NCBI RefSeq assembly: GCF_963921235.1
Contig: NC_086101.1
Span: 3,102,001-3,162,000 of the forward strand
Direction: 5' to 3'
From: Mobula hypostoma
Lineage: Eukaryota
DNA: 60,000 nt
In this document: in pieces, positions 24,350 to 37,217 of the stretch
Layout of the letters: every line of letters begins with the position of its first letter
How positions within the stretch are numbered: the stretch's first letter is position 1
Program-made: the position numbers and the translations under genes
Notes under the pieces: model-generated
Seen by the model: only the letters and a program-made list of their open reading frames with translations
Told to the model about the DNA's origin: nothing
Databases searched by the model: none

Positions 24350-24690
24350 CCACTCCCATCAGCGAGGAGCCTACGTAGCATCCACACCAGGACCACCAGA
24401 CGCAAAAACAGTCACTTTCCCCAAGCAGCAAGGCTGATCAATACCCCCACCCACCATTATTCTATCATTTCCTGACAGAATCGGGACACTCCTGTGCCTA
24501 GCGTCGCTTTATGGACATGCAACCAATCGATGCATATCAGCCATCCTATGTATTTATACTCATTGTGTTGTTTGTGTCATGATTGTGTTCTTTATCTTGT
24601 GGGGTTTTCTGTGCACTGCATCGGATCCAGATTTATTTCGTTGTGTACTAGGAATGGCACTAAACACCCTGGAAGCTTGAAATATTGAGT
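24350..24690 (+). mobile_element. Rex1/Babar-like 3' end
   Basis: LRSIHTRTTRRKNSHFPQAARLIN. Confidence 0.7.
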
Positions 24691-26656
24691 CACAAACCGC
24701 CAAGGCACGGACCAGGTGCCGGTAATTGTCGGGAGTATTGTCGACGATTTGGTAGGCAGTAGGAGACAGCGGGCCGATAAGCTTGTCGCTGTGAACCGTA
24801 CCTCTGTGCCTGTACACCGGGGGCGTCGCAGGAGACCCTGTTAACCTGTCTGGAACAGGATAGTGGGCATGGGACAGAGACGCCGGCGACCTGAGCTGTC
24901 AGAGATGCGTTGCAGACAGACGCAATGGTCAGCGAACCGCGCGTCCTGGGCACTGCGGCCTGCGGCTTCAGGAGCCGGCAACCCTATTCACACTAAACCA
25001 ACAGGCGGGCGAGTGTCTCACTTATCCGTGGCCGAGTCCCTGCCCGTCACCGGCAAGGCAGCTACCGTCAATGCGAGACACCTCACTGAATCCGGCGAAG
25101 ACTCCCAGAGGCAACACCCACATCACACGGGTCAGGCTGTCTTCATCTTTACAGTGACAGGTGGAGGCCCCCCGCCCCCGTCACACACCTCCACCGGTCG
25201 CCATCGCCGCTGTGTCCCAGAGAGACTCAGAGGACAGGCCAGCGTCTATGCAGGGGGAAAGGGGGGCTGTCCTCTGGGGTCAACTCCGAGCGCCAGGACG
25301 CTTCAGGGTCCCCCGATTCGGCGGCCAGAGCTCCCGACGTCACCTCGTGTTAACTGCTGACGGAAGGAAAAGAAGATATCATTAAAGAAAGGTTGTAACA
25401 GGTTGGGCCCACGCCTTGTTTGTTTCGCGGCGGCGGGGGTGGGCGGCGATCGTTTTGTGGTTCGGGGGAGGGCGTGCTGTTATACAAGGGAGCACCCGGG
25501 AAGCCGGCTGGTAAGATCACCGAACTGGGTCTCCGGTGAGGTGTGTTTGTGTGTGTGTACGTACGTCTCAGGTGGGGGACGGGGTTGTTTGGAAGAGTGT
25601 GTATGTGCCGCTCACATATTAGACGCTGCTTTGAGTCGGGAGTGCGCGCAGCCCTGCGTCCCCGCTGGCATTCCTCAGGGAGCGGACGAGATTCCCGGGG
25701 TGGTACCTGGGGTAGGGAGTCTCAGTTATGAGAACTGAGACTGGAGAAGCGAGGCTTGTCTCTCGGAACCCGGGGAGGCTCAGGGGTGACCTGTGAAAAG
25801 ATACTAGGTTCTGAGTGGGTCGGGCGGGATAGACAGCAAGGAACCCTGTCCCTCCAGCAGAAATGGGGAGAGGGGCAGGGAGGTGGGGGGTCGTTGAAGA
25901 TGTGGAGACGGAGGGGCTGAGGCACGTGGAACAAATTGAGGGGCCGAGCGGCCTGTTTTTGCAGGATCTGATCTGAGAGACCCCCGGAGACAACCGTTGG
26001 GTTTTGTCCATCCCGCACACCAGGAAAGCACCAGGCGGCGGACAACGGACACGAGTCGCCACCCTGGGACGTAGCGCTCTTCCCGTCTCCCCTGTTACCG
26101 ATCCACGGTCACGGGCATCGGTCACTGTCTTGACGCGCAGAGGTTGTGGCGCGCCTGTTCTATCCTGTGCAGCCCCGGGAGAAGGAACGACCTCGCTCCG
26201 TCCACTGCCGAAGAATCACTCCCGGGTGTAGGTCAGGAGAGAGTTACTGTGCGGGAGAACAGAAGGTGTGGAGGGGTGAGGAGGGAAATGATGCGTCAGG
26301 TAGGGAAGGGAAGAGCTGGAGCGGCCGGGGTGAAACGGGGAAGAAGGAGAGTTGAAGGGCGATGGGGAGGGAGGAAGAGGACGTAGGGAAGGAGTGGGAG
26401 GAGGTTTAGAGGATGAAGGGGAAAGGGGAGGGAGAGAGGGGAAGAGGAAGGGGCTGATAGAGGGGGAGGGCAAAGTGGGAAGAGAACGGAGGGCTGGAGG
26501 GATTGGGGAGGTTGAACGGGAGAGTCTGCCGGACTTGAGCCCCTACCGGGGATTCCCGTTTCCCGAGATGGGGAGGGGGCAGATCCCGGGGGTTGGGAGC
26601 GCAAGTTAATTCGAACCCCTTTCTCTCCACCTGCAGTGATCCAGGGAGGGGGTACC

Positions 26657-26715
26657 ATGCTGCCTCTGCTGCTGTGGACTCTGCCCCTCCTGTGTCAGGG
26701 GGTCGCGACTCAGTG
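26657..26715 (+). CDS. Secreted SOUL/heme-binding protein (HEBP2-like), coding exon 1 (signal peptide)
   Basis: ACCATG start; MLPLLLWTLPLLCQGVATQ(W), donor TG|GTACGT, phase 2. An upstream acceptor at 26636 suggests a 5'UTR exon. Confidence 0.8.
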
Positions 26716-27109
26716 GTACGTACCCGGCACCTTCGTCCTTCGGGGAGGGGTAGGGGCGGAGACTGTGTCCAAGGCGGAGGGCGGAGGAACCGCTGCGGTC
26801 GCCGGGCTCCGAGATATCCTATTTCACAACTGTCCCCTCAACTCTCTATTCCGCCCTTCCCCCTCCCCCCTCCGCTCCCCCCCCCCACTCCACCCTCCTT
26901 AACCCTCTTCCCCCTCCCCTCCGCCCTCTGCGCTTTCTTCCCTTCTCCATCCCCCCTTCCCCGTACTCCGCTCCTCCTCTACCCTACACCGTCCTCTCCT
27001 CTGCTTCCCTCCCCTCTGTCCACTCACTCCCGCTACCCCCTCCACTTTCCCCATTCCGCCCCCTCAAATCTCCAGCTCCAGGCTCTACCAACCCCTCTCT
27101 GATAACGAC

Positions 27110-27590
27110 CATAAGACGGGGGAGCAGAATCAGGCCATTCAGCCCATCGAGTTTGCTCCACCATTCTATCATGGCTGATTTATTTTCCTTCTCCGCCTCG
27201 TTGTCCTGCCTTCTCCCCTTAACCTTTGACCACTAATCAAGAACCTCATTTTTAAATATACCCAAAGATTAACGAAATATACCCAGCCGTCTGTGGCAAT
27301 GAATTCCACAGATTCACCACCTCATCCTCATCCCTGTTTTAAAGGGACGCCCCCCCCCCCCCCATTCTGAGGCTGTGCTCTGTGCTCCAAGACTCACCCT
27401 GCCCTAGGAAACATCCTCCCCACTTCCGCTTTCAGTATTTTGTAGGTTTTAATGAGACACTTCTCATTCCTCTAAACTCCGGTGAGAATCGGCCCAGAGC
27501 CATCAAACTTTCCTCACACGTTAACCTTTTCATTCCCGGGATCGTTTTCATGAACCCCCTCTCCAGTCCAGAAAGGGGCACAAAACTGCT
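27110..27590 (-). mobile_element. CR1 3' fragment
   Basis: CR1 tail GGAGCAGAATCAGGCCATTCAGCCCATCGAG and GAATTCCACAGATTCACC. Confidence 0.8.
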
Positions 27591-27710
27591 CTACCTTATA
27601 AGGTTAAAAAAAAACACAATTTTCAGGAGACATATAATAAACCTGATAATCAACCTGATTCTGTCTCCGCGGCGTGGGTCCAGACAGCTGCGGCCGAGTT
27701 GACGAGTGAG

Positions 27711-27713
<3 letters not shown>

Positions 27714-27762
<49 letters not shown>
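27714..27762. repeat. (GT)n(GA)n microsatellite
   Basis: Seen directly. Confidence 0.95.
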
Positions 27763-27763
<1 letters not shown>

Positions 27764-27813
27764 TGACTTATCCGCGGTAGTGCGGGCATTAACCCTGCCG
27801 CTGTCCCCTGCAG

Positions 27814-27892
27814 GAGCCGGGCTCAGCTCACCTGTACCGACGCTTCCGAATGCCCTTCCTACATTACCGTGTGTCGGAACTTGGACTACGAG
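27814..27892 (+). CDS. SOUL gene coding exon 2
   Basis: CCCCTGCAG| ... |GTGAGG, 79 nt, phase 2/0: SRAQLTCTDASECPSYITVCRNLDYE. Confidence 0.88.
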
Positions 27893-28045
27893 GTGAGGGG
27901 GTCGCTCTGTACTGCAGTGTGCATCGGGATGGGGAGAGGTGGGAGAGGAGCTGGGGTTGCCTGGAGCGAGTTCCAGTTTCCCACCCAAAGCGCCAACGCT
28001 CCACACCCCCCACCCCGCCATTGTTTATGGCCTCGTGGTAGGGCG

Positions 28046-28260
28046 CGGGGCTGCACGGTAGCGTTGCGCTGAACTGAACAGGTGACAGTGTCAGTGACAC
28101 GGGTTCAGTTCCCGCCACTGTCTATAACGTTCTCCACGGATGCCCCCGTTTCCGCGCACAGTCTGAAATCGTATGGGTTAATTGGTCACATGGGTGTGAT
28201 TGGGCGGCGCGGGTTTTTTGGGCCGGAAGGGCCTGTTACCGCCCTGTTTCTCTCGGTAAA
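28046..28260 (+). mobile_element. tRNA-derived SINE
   Basis: GCACGGTAGCG (A-box-like), GGGTTCAGTTCC (B-box-like) and a CR1-like tail GGGCCGGAAGGGCCTGTT. Confidence 0.55.
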
Positions 28261-28289
28261 GGGTAAAACTGGGGATCCGCTCGGAGTTT

Positions 28290-29105
28290 TGGAAGCATTT
28301 CTGGTCGTAGAGAGATGCAAAAAATGCTACCTGGATTAGGGGGCATAATTGGGTTGTTTTGTCCAGAGCAATTGAGACTAAAGGGAGACCTGACAGAAAT
28401 TGGTTAGATTATAGAGCCGACGGTATTTAATTGGACGGGTTAATCCCCTTGATGTGAGTCAGCAACTCCAGAGGGTAAATGTTCTCAGGGAGATGCGTAA
28501 CGGTGATGTGGAGGTGCTCAGGATGCATTTACCATGTGAAGGGGAAGAGTTAGATTGGATGGGTTAAGAGAACTGGGGCTTTTCTCTTTGGAGTGAAGGA
28601 GGATGAGAGTTGTACAAAATGATAAGGGGCATAGAGCGAGTGGATAACCAGAGGCTTTCTCTCGAGAGTGGAAATGGCTAATACGAGGGGCATAATTTGA
28701 AGGAAAGTATCGAAAAAGGGCCTTTTCTCCTTGGAGTGACGGAGGATGAGAGGTGACCTGATAGAGGTGTATAAGATGATGAGAAGCATTGATCGTGTGG
28801 ATAGTCAGAGGCTTTTCCCAGGGCTGAAATGGCTGCCACAAGAGGACACAGGTTTAAGGTGCTGGGGAGTAGGTACAGAGGAGATGTCAGGGGTTAGTTT
28901 TTTACTCAGAGAGTGGTGAGTGCGTGGAATGGGCTGCCGCCAACGGTGGTGGAGGCGGATACAATAGGGTCTTTTAAGAGACTTTTAGATAGGTACATGG
29001 AGCTTAGAAAAATAGAGGGCTATGGGGAAGTCTAGTGATTTCCAAGGTATGGACATGTTCGGCAGAACTTTGAGGGCCGAAGGGCCTGTATTGTGCTGTA
29101 AGAAA
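28290..29105 (+). mobile_element. Tandem CR1 3' fragments
   Basis: Repeated decayed LGLFSLE.RR.RGDL motifs, TRGHRFK and a CR1 tail. Confidence 0.85.
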
Positions 29106-29574
29106 TATAGAGGAGGCTTCACCCAGACACAGAGTAGCGCAGCGGAGACGATTAAGCTGTGATCAATAACTTTAATTTGTCCAGTCGTTAAGTTGAGTCC
29201 GGCTCTTCGTGACCTTGTGGACCATAGGGTCCACAGGGTTTTCATGGCAAAGCTGCGGAAGTAGATTGCCAGGCCGGCCTTCCGCGCAGATACTGCTGCT
29301 GCCCAGGTTGGGACCCGACTGGCTTTAAACTCAGTATCATCTGCCTCGAAGTCCAGTGCTGATGCCACAACACCACCAGCTGGCCCAATAGCTTTAATAA
29401 TAGACACCCAATTCAAGAGGCCACAAAACAAGAAACAATATGCAACAGGCAAAGTTAGCTGCAATTTTGAGGCTGGCTGGATCGCCGAGTGAACAAGGAC
29501 TGTGGCTGAGAACTGGGGCTAAATAGGCTGCTGGTGACGAGTCCGGAGTGAGTGGCAGGTGGATCCTATCAGGA

Positions 29575-29700
29575 CGTCCTCACGAAGGGTTCCGGCCTGA
29601 AACGTGGACTGATCGTTTCCACGGATGTTGCCCGACCTGCTGAGTTCCTCCAGTGTGTTGTGAGTGTTGCTTTGACCCCAGAATTTGCAGAGTATTTTGA
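29575..29700 (+). mobile_element. Penelope pLTR remnant with a degenerate hammerhead
   Basis: GTCCTCACGAAGGGTTCCGGCCTGAAACGTGGAC: core mutated at CUGA and at the cleavage triplet. Confidence 0.7.
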
Positions 29701-30214
29701 GTTTACGATATTGCGTCCGAGGTGTCTGGATTCGCAAGCCTGGGCAGTACGATATGGAGAGCAAGCTGTTGCCCATGTAACCAGCTCCCCCTCTCCAGAG
29801 GAACAGCAGGGACCATTTGGTACCAGCAACGTCGTAGAAGTCGCCAGTCGGCGTTGAACTCAATGTAGGACTGCCTTCGGAGACTCCAGCTCCGGATTTG
29901 TCCTCGGGGTTTACTCCCAAACTCTTCCCCACAAGCAAGGCAGCGGAGGCTTGAGATCAGAGCTGCCCCTCTGCTGGATGAGCTGACGAGCCCCATCTGC
30001 CCGAGCCGACTGTACTTAAGGCGACAGTAACCCGCCTTTGCTCCTTCTCCCGTCAGTAGACACGGTTCCGCTGGGCTGAGTAGCTAAACCACACGTGAAG
30101 GGCGGGAGCTGGACTTGGTTGTCAGAGGCTTTTTAAGGCGCATTTAATAGGGAGCATTTAATAGGCAGTGAGAGCTTGTCCCCATTACCACCCCCGGCTG
30201 TAACACTAACCTAA

Positions 30215-30378
30215 TTACGATGACCTATTAACCTCCCAGGTGCGTCATTGGAGCGTGGGAGTAAACCGGAGCACGCAGGGGAAAGCCGCGCATCCCACAG
30301 GGAAGACGCTGGGATTGAACTCTGAACCCCGGCGCCCCGAGCTGTAATAGCGCCGCGCTAACTGCTACAACACGGAAG
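30215..30378 (-). mobile_element. tRNA-derived SINE
   Basis: Minus strand TGTAGCAGTTAGCGCG...GAGTTCAATCC (A- and B-box-like), then GTTTACTCCCAC. Confidence 0.5.
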
Positions 30379-30626
30379 AACACAGTAAAGCAGTAATTAA
30401 ATGGCTAACTAAATTAATCTTTTCTGCCTACACATTTAAAAGTCCCTAATGTAGCTGCCTCCACCAACACCCCAGACAGCAGATTCCGGGCACCTAGCAC
30501 TGTGCCCCTCACATCTCCTTTGAAATTACCGCCTATGTTATATAATCTTTGCCTGTTTCTCGAGGTGAGGTTGGCTCTGTGACCAGACCCGCCACCTCTG
30601 ACTGTGTACCCTTCTCACCCTCACAG

Positions 30627-30738
30627 ACTCGTGCCTACGCGCCCACTGTCTGGGTGGGCACGCGGGTTCTGCCCTCCGAGGGAAGGTACCAATCTATCCG
30701 GCGACTGAGGGAATACTTCAACAAGAAAAACAGACCGG
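30627..30738 (+). CDS. SOUL gene coding exon 3
   Basis: CCCTCACAG| ... |GTAGGC, 112 nt, phase 0/1: TRAYAPTVWVGTRV...SIRRLREYFNKKNRP, matching the SOUL YE.R.Y....WV.T...RRL..Y pattern. Confidence 0.9.
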
Positions 30739-31338
30739 GTAGGCCACCTCGAAGATCCCAGGGGCAGACCCGCCGCCGAGCAGATAGCCTGGGTCGGGAG
30801 CACCAGGCGAAACCACGCCGGCAACCGGGTTCAGGCCGGAGTGATTGGTTGCTTCCCGATCCGATACAGATCAGGTCCGACCATTGCAGACTATCTCACC
30901 GGGATCTCAGACTCCCGGGATTGGCGGGGGAGAGAGAACGGATGGTTTGTTTGTCGGGGGGTGGGGTGGGGTGCAGCCTGGACCTCTTGGGTCGCGGGAG
31001 GGGGGCAGATCCCGTTTTGTCGGGACTGGGGAGACTGACCCCGCGACGATGACGGGAAAGGGGGAGTGGGTCACCCGGTCAATGGACGATGGTGGTGGCG
31101 GGGGGGCGGAATGAATCAAATGGTCGGTGGAGAGAGAGCGGAACCGTGATCAGTGGGAGGGGGTGGTGGAAGTTTCCTGCTCACGCGTCAGTCGCTCAGC
31201 GCGCTGCGCAGTCTCCGGCGCTGGTCAGTGGGTCGACGCAATCTCGGCGGGTCTGGTCACTGGATCACGCGTGGCTGGGGCCGCGGGAGGCGGGCGGATA
31301 ACGTTCAGCTGCTGACTCTCTGCCTGTGGGTCTCTCAG

Positions 31339-31472
31339 TGATTCAGATCGAGCGGACCGCGCCCACTCTTACTATGTTCCAGAACGTGAACGACGTTCCC
31401 AGGCCTATTGCTGTGTTCGCCTACCTCCCCAGCCGGTTCCTCTTCAACCCGCCCATTCCTCGGGACGAGCTC
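31339..31472 (+). CDS. SOUL gene coding exon 4
   Basis: TCTCTCAG| ... |GTGAGT, 134 nt, phase 1/0: VIQIERTAPTL...YLPSRFLFNPPIPRDEL (SOUL I..TAP and LP....NPP.P.D motifs). Confidence 0.9.
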
Positions 31473-31499
31473 GTGAGTATTCACTTCAAAGAGCCAGCA

Positions 31500-33620
31500 C
31501 TGAGTGGAGAGCTGCAAATGAAAGAAACCTTAGGGACAAGTGATCCTAATTTGGTCCAATTCATCCTGAAATTTGAGAAGGAGCTGAAGTCAGATGTATC
31601 AGTATTGCAGTGGGAATTACAGAGGCATGAGGAAGGAGTTGGCCAGAATTGATTGGAAAAGAACACTGGCAGGGGTGACGGCAGAGCAGCAATAGCTGGA
31701 ATTTTTGGAAGCAATTCGGAAGGCACGGGGTATATACAGCCCAAAGAGGAAGAAGTATTCTCAAGGCAAGATAATAGAACAGCAGCTAACTAGTGAAGTC
31801 AAAGCCAACATAAAAATCAAAGAGAGGGCAAACAATAGAGCAAAAAATTAGTGGGAAGTTAAATGATTGAGGAGCTTTTGAAAATCATCAGAAGGCAACA
31901 AAAAAGTAATTGAGAAGGTAAAGCTGGAATACAAGAGTAAGCTAGCCAGTAATATTAAAGAGACTACCAACTAGAGAGAAGGTTCTTGGGAAACTGAAAG
32001 GTCTGGAGGTCGATTGGTCACCTGAACCAGATGGTCTACATCCCAGAGTTCTAAAAGAGGTGGCTGAAGAGATTGTGGAGACATTAGTAATGATCTATCA
32101 AGAATCACTAGATTCTAGAATGGTCCTGGAGAATTGGGAAATTGAAAAAGTCACTCCACTCTTCAAGAAGGGAGAGAAGCAGAAGAAAGGAGACTGTAGG
32201 CCAGTTAGTCTAATCTCAGTGGTTGAGAAGATGGCGGAGTTGATTATTACTGATGATGTTTCAGGGTACTTGGAGGCACGTACTTTATACTTTATTGTCG
32301 CCAAACAATTGGTACTAGAATGTACAATCATCATAGCAATATTTGATTCTGCGCTTCACACTCCCTGGATTACAAATATTAAATATTAAAAATAGTTAAA
32401 CTTAGCAAATATTAAAATTTTAAATTATAAATCATAAATAGAAAATAGAAAAATGGGAAGAAAGGTAGTGCAAAAAAACCGAGAGGCAGGTCTGGATATT
32501 TGGAGGGTACGGCCCAGATCCGGGTCAGGATCCGTTCAGCAGTCTTATCACAGTTGGAAAAAAGCTGTTCCCAAATCTGGCCGTACGAGTCTTCAAGCTC
32601 CTGAGCCTTCTCCCGGAGGGAAGAGGGACGAAAAGTCTGTTGGCTGGGTGGATTGTGTCCTTGATTATCCTGGCAGCACTGCTCCGACAGCGTGTGGTGT
32701 AAAGTGAGTCCAAGGACGGAAGATTGGTTTGTGTGATGTGCTGCGCTGTGTTCACGATCTTCTGCAGTTTCTTCCGGTCTTGGACAGGACAACTTCCATA
32801 CCAGGTTGTGATGCACCCTAGAAGAATGCTTTCTATGGTGCATCTATAAAAATTAGTGAGGGTTTTAGGGGGCAGGCCAAATTTCTTTAGTTTTCTCAGG
32901 AAGTAAAGGCGCTGGTGGGGCTTCTTGGCAGTGGACTCTGCTTGGTTGGACCAAGATAAAATAGGCCACAGTCAACACAGTTTCCTCAAGGGAAAATCTT
33001 GCCTGATAAATCTGTTGGAACTCTTTGAAGAAATAACAAGCAGGATAGACAAAGGAGAATTGGTTGATGTTGTGTACTTGGGTTTTCAGAAGGCCTCTGA
33101 CATGATGCTGCTTCGCAAGCTATAAGCCTGTGGTATTACTGAAAAGATTCTGGCATGGATAAAGCAGTGGCTGATTGGCAGGAGGCAAAGAGTGAGAATA
33201 AAGGGAGCCTTTTCTGTTTGGCTGTTGGTGACTAGTGGTTATACAGGGGCCTGTGTTGTGAACGATTTTTACATTTTATGTCAATCATTTGGATGATGGA
33301 ATTGATGGCTTTGTTGAAAAGTTTGCAGATGATATGAAGGTAGGTGGAGGGGCAGGTAGCTTTGAAGGAGGAGAGAGTTTACGGAAGTGCCTGACAGGTT
33401 AGGGGAATGGACAAAGAAGTGGTAGATGGAATATAGTGTCAGGAAGTGTATGGTCATGCACTTTGGTAGAAGAAATGAAAGAGTTGACTATTTTTGAAAT
33501 GAAAAGAAAATATATTTTAAAAAAACTAATGTGCAAAAGGACTTGGAAGTCCCTTAGCAGGATTCCCTAAAGGTTAATTTACAGGTTGAGTCTGTGGTGA
33601 GGAAGGCAAATGCAATGTTA
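31500..33620 (+). mobile_element. Decayed CR1 LINE with a nested Rex1-like element
   Basis: VTPLFKKG...RPVSL, SQHSFLKGKSCL.NLLELFEE and VVRKANAML. Confidence 0.85.
32282..32952 (-). mobile_element. Rex1/Babar-like 3' fragment
   Basis: IIKDTIHPANRLFVPLPSGRRLRSLKTRTARFGNSFFPTVIRLLN. Confidence 0.85.
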
Positions 33621-33629
33621 ACAGTAATT

Positions 33630-35715
33630 TCACTGCAGATGTCCAGTCCCTGTACACCTCCATCCCCCACCAGGAAGGCCTCTAAGCTCTCCACTTCTTT
33701 CTCGACACTAGACCCGAACAGTTGTCCTTCACTACCCTCTCCTCCATCTCGTGGAACTTGTCCTCACTCTAAATAATTTCTCCTTTGGCTCCTCCCACTT
33801 CCTTCAAACAAAAGAGGTAGTCATGGGCACTCGCATGGGTCCCAGCTATTCCTGCCTGTTTGTCGGCTGTGTGGAACAGTCTCCGTTTCAAGCCTGCACT
33901 GGTAACCGTCCCACACTTTTCCTATGCTACATCGATGTCTACATTAGTGCTGCTTCCTGCACCCATGCTAAACTTGTCGATTTCATCCACTTTGCCTCCA
34001 CCCTGCCCTCAAATTCACCTGGTCCATTTTCGACACCTCCCTCCCCTTTCTTGATCTCTCTGTCTCTATCTCTGGAGGCAGCTTATCCACCTATGTCGAT
34101 TATAAACCCACAGACTCTCACAGCTACCTGGACTACACCTCGTCCCACCCTGCTACTTGTAAAAACGCCATCCCCTTCTCTCAATTCCTATGTCTCCGCT
34201 GCATCTGCTCTCAGGATGAGGCTTTTCATTCTAGAACAATGGAGATGTCCTCTTTTTTTTAAAGAAAGAGGTTTCCTTTCCTCCTCCATCAACACTGCCC
34301 TCAGCCACATCTTTTCCACTTCACACACGCCTGCTCTTACCCCATTCTTTTGCTATCCTACCAGGGATTAGGGTTCCTGTTGTCCTCACCTACCATCTCA
34401 CCAGCCTCCATGCCCAGCACGTAATTCTCCGAAACTTCCACACCTCCAATGAGATCCCACCACCAAACATATCCTTACATTTCTCCCCCCGCCCCAAATC
34501 TTCTGCTTTCTGCAGTGATCTCTCCCTACGTGACTCCCTTGTCCATTCGTCCGTCCCCACTGGTTTCTCTCCTGGCACTTATCCTTGCAAGTAGAACAAG
34601 TGCTACATCTCCTCCCTACCTAGCATTCAGAGCCCCAAACAGTCCGTCCAGGTGAGGAGACACTTCACCTTTGGGTCATTTACTGTGTTTGGTGCTCCTG
34701 GTGTGGACCCCTGTACATTAGTGAGACCCAACATAGACTGGGAGGCCACTACGCTGAGCATCTACAATCCATCTGCCAGAACAAACGGGATCTCCCAATG
34801 GCCAATCATTTTAATTCCACTTCCCATTCCTACATGTCCATCTATGGGCTCCTCCACTGCCGTGATGAGGCCACACTTAGTTTGGAGGAAGTACACCTTA
34901 TATTCTGTTTGGGTAGCCTCCAACCTGATGGCACGAACATCAATTTTGGTAATTTTACACCCCCCGCCCCCTTTTCAGACACCACCGTGAGAGAGTCCAG
35001 TTGTGGGGATGGAACTGGACTCTCTGACGGTGGTGTCTGAAAAGAGGATGCTGTCTAAGTTGCATGCCATCTTGGACAATGTCTCTCATCCACTACATAA
35101 TGTACTGGGTGGGCACAGGAGTGCATTCAGCCAGAGACTCATTCCACCGAGATGCAACACAGAGCGTCATAGGAAGTCATTCCTGCCTGTGGCCATCAAA
35201 CTTTACAACTCCTCCCTTGGAGGGTCAGACACCCTGAGCCAACAGGCTGGTCCTGGACTTATTTCATAATTTACTGACATAATTTACATATTACTATTTA
35301 ACTATTTATGGTTCTATTACTATTTATTATTTATGGTTCAACTGTAATGAAAACCGGTTTCCTCCGGGATCAATAAAGTATGACTATTTCCCATCCCCTT
35401 TTCCCTCTCTCACCTAATCTCCCTGCCCACTCATCGCCTCCCTCTGGTGCTCCTCTCCCCCACCCCCCCACTTTTCTTTCTTCCATGGCCTTCTGTCTCT
35501 TTCATCAGTCAACTTCCCAGCTCTTTACTTCATCCCTCCCCCTGCAGGTTTCACCCATCACCCTGTGTTTCTCTTCCCCCTCTCCCCCCTTTAAATCTGC
35601 TCCTCAGCTTTTTACTCCAGTCCTGCCGAAGGGTTTTGACCTGAATGTCGACTGTGCTTTTTCCCAACCTGGCCTGCTGAGTTCCTCCAGCATTTTGTGT
35701 GTGTTGCTCAGATTT
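33630..35715 (+). mobile_element. Penelope-like element (RT, GIY-YIG remnant, pLTR with degenerate hammerhead) interrupted by a Rex1-like fragment at about 34972-35387
   Basis: ELVLTLNNFSF...QTKEVVMGTRMGPSYSCLF...YIDVYI; VANHFNS...IFCLGSLQPDG.NI; decayed hammerhead CAGTCCTGCCGAAGGG...GAATGTCGACTG near 35620. Confidence 0.88.
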
Positions 35716-36073
35716 CCTCTTCTTTCCACTCGGGTGCCTGAGTTCCAAGGACAGTCTGTGTAGACTAGGGTTTTATTCCCTAGAATGTGGGAGATTGAGG
35801 GGCACAGAAAGGGTGAAAGCACATACTCTTCTTTCCCCAAGGAGTGTGCTAAAAACAAGAGGGCACAGGTTTAAGGTCAGAGGTGAGAAATTCAAAGTGG
35901 ACATCAGGGGCAGCTTCTTCACACAAAGATTAGTGCGTACAGTATTGGGAATGAGTTGCCAGTGGTCGAGACGGGGACGTCAGTAACACTTAAAACGCAA
36001 GAGATTCTGCAGATGCTGGAAACCCAAAGCAGCACACACAAAAATGGTGGATGAACTCAGCAGGTTAAGCAAT

Positions 36074-36292
36074 GTACTCCCAGGTTCCTGCCATGAACAC
36101 ATGGTCCCACAGTACTCCCCAGGTTCCTGGTCCCAGAACACATGGTCCCACAGTACTCCCCAGGTTCCTGGTCCCAGAACACATGGTCCCACAGTACTCC
36201 CCAGGTTCCTGGTCCCAGAACACATGGTCCCACAGTACTCCCCAGGTTCCTGGTCCCAGAACACATGGTCCCACAGTACTCCCCAGGTTCCT
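36074..36292. repeat. 41-bp minisatellite, about 5 copies
   Basis: Unit TACTCCCCAGGTTCCTGGTCCCAGAACACATGGTCCCACAG repeated head-to-tail. Confidence 0.95.
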
Positions 36293-36369
36293 GCCATTCC
36301 TGGTTCCCTGCATTCTACACAATCAGGAAAGCTCACCATTGCCTTTTTCTTTCTGGTGAGGATGAAGAG

Positions 36370-36960
36370 AGTTGGGCTTTGCACATCTATACTCTGGTCA
36401 TTATACAGATGTACAGTAGACATGGTACAGAAACTACACTGTGGCAGACAGGGAGGCTCTACAATGGGTACTCAAAACTGGTTAACAGATCATTGGCACC
36501 AGCCTTCCTGCCATCAAGGGCATTTATACAGGAAAGGGCCAGTAACATCATGAAGGATCCCACCCACCCTGCGCATGGACTGTTTGTCCCACTCCCATCA
36601 GGGATGAGGCTACGTAGCATCCACGCCAGGACCACCAGACTCAAAAACAGTTACTTTCCCCAAGAAGTAAGACTGATCAACACCTCCACCCACTAACTCC
36701 ACTACTCCACACCCCAACCACCAACACTTTATCATTTCCTGTCAGTCACCTCATGTACCAACACTCCTGTACCTAGCGTCACTTTACGGGCATACAATCC
36801 ATCGATGTATATAAGCCATCTTATGTATTTATATTTATTGCGTTCTTCAGATAGTGTACTTTATCTTATTGTGTTTTTCTGTGCTGCAGCAGATCCAGAG
36901 TAACAATTTCTTGTTCTCCTTTACACGCCGTGTTCTGGAAATAACATGAAACAATCTCTA
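36370..36960 (+). mobile_element. Rex1/Babar-like 3' fragment
   Basis: IMKDPTHPAHGLFVPLPSGMRLRSIHARTTRLKNSYFP. Confidence 0.8.
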
Positions 36961-37217
36961 CTCTTAAATTCACTGTCTGTGTGGAGTTTGCACATCCTCC
37001 CCTCACACATTTGAAGGACTCTGGGTATTACTTGAATGCCCTGTTGGAAATTGCCCCCAGTGTGGGTATCTGCCACCCCTACCTCTGCTCTCCTCCGTTA
37101 AAAACCCTGCCCACCCCGTTGGTGCTAGCCTCTGACCAGGAGAGCCCTCTCAACAGAGGCCACTCCCCATTTCCTATCACCGTTCGGTCCTCCCAGCTGG
37201 TCTCTCCCCTGCCGCAG

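Larger units (their letters stand above)
22950..26830. promoter_or_regulatory. CpG-rich region covering the 5' end of the SOUL gene (interrupted by repeats)
   Basis: Visibly high CG density compared with the flanking LINE DNA; ends just after SOUL coding exon 1. Confidence 0.5.

Noticed and set aside
25700..26235. Degenerate Ig V/stalk exons on the minus strand (WCAG motif, S/T/P-rich segment)
   Set aside because: Requires several frameshifts and lacks a recognisable first Cys/Trp; not supportable by eye.
36074..36292. CRISPR-like array of 41-bp repeats
   Set aside because: Units are head-to-tail without unique spacers, there are no cas genes, and the context is a vertebrate intron: a minisatellite.
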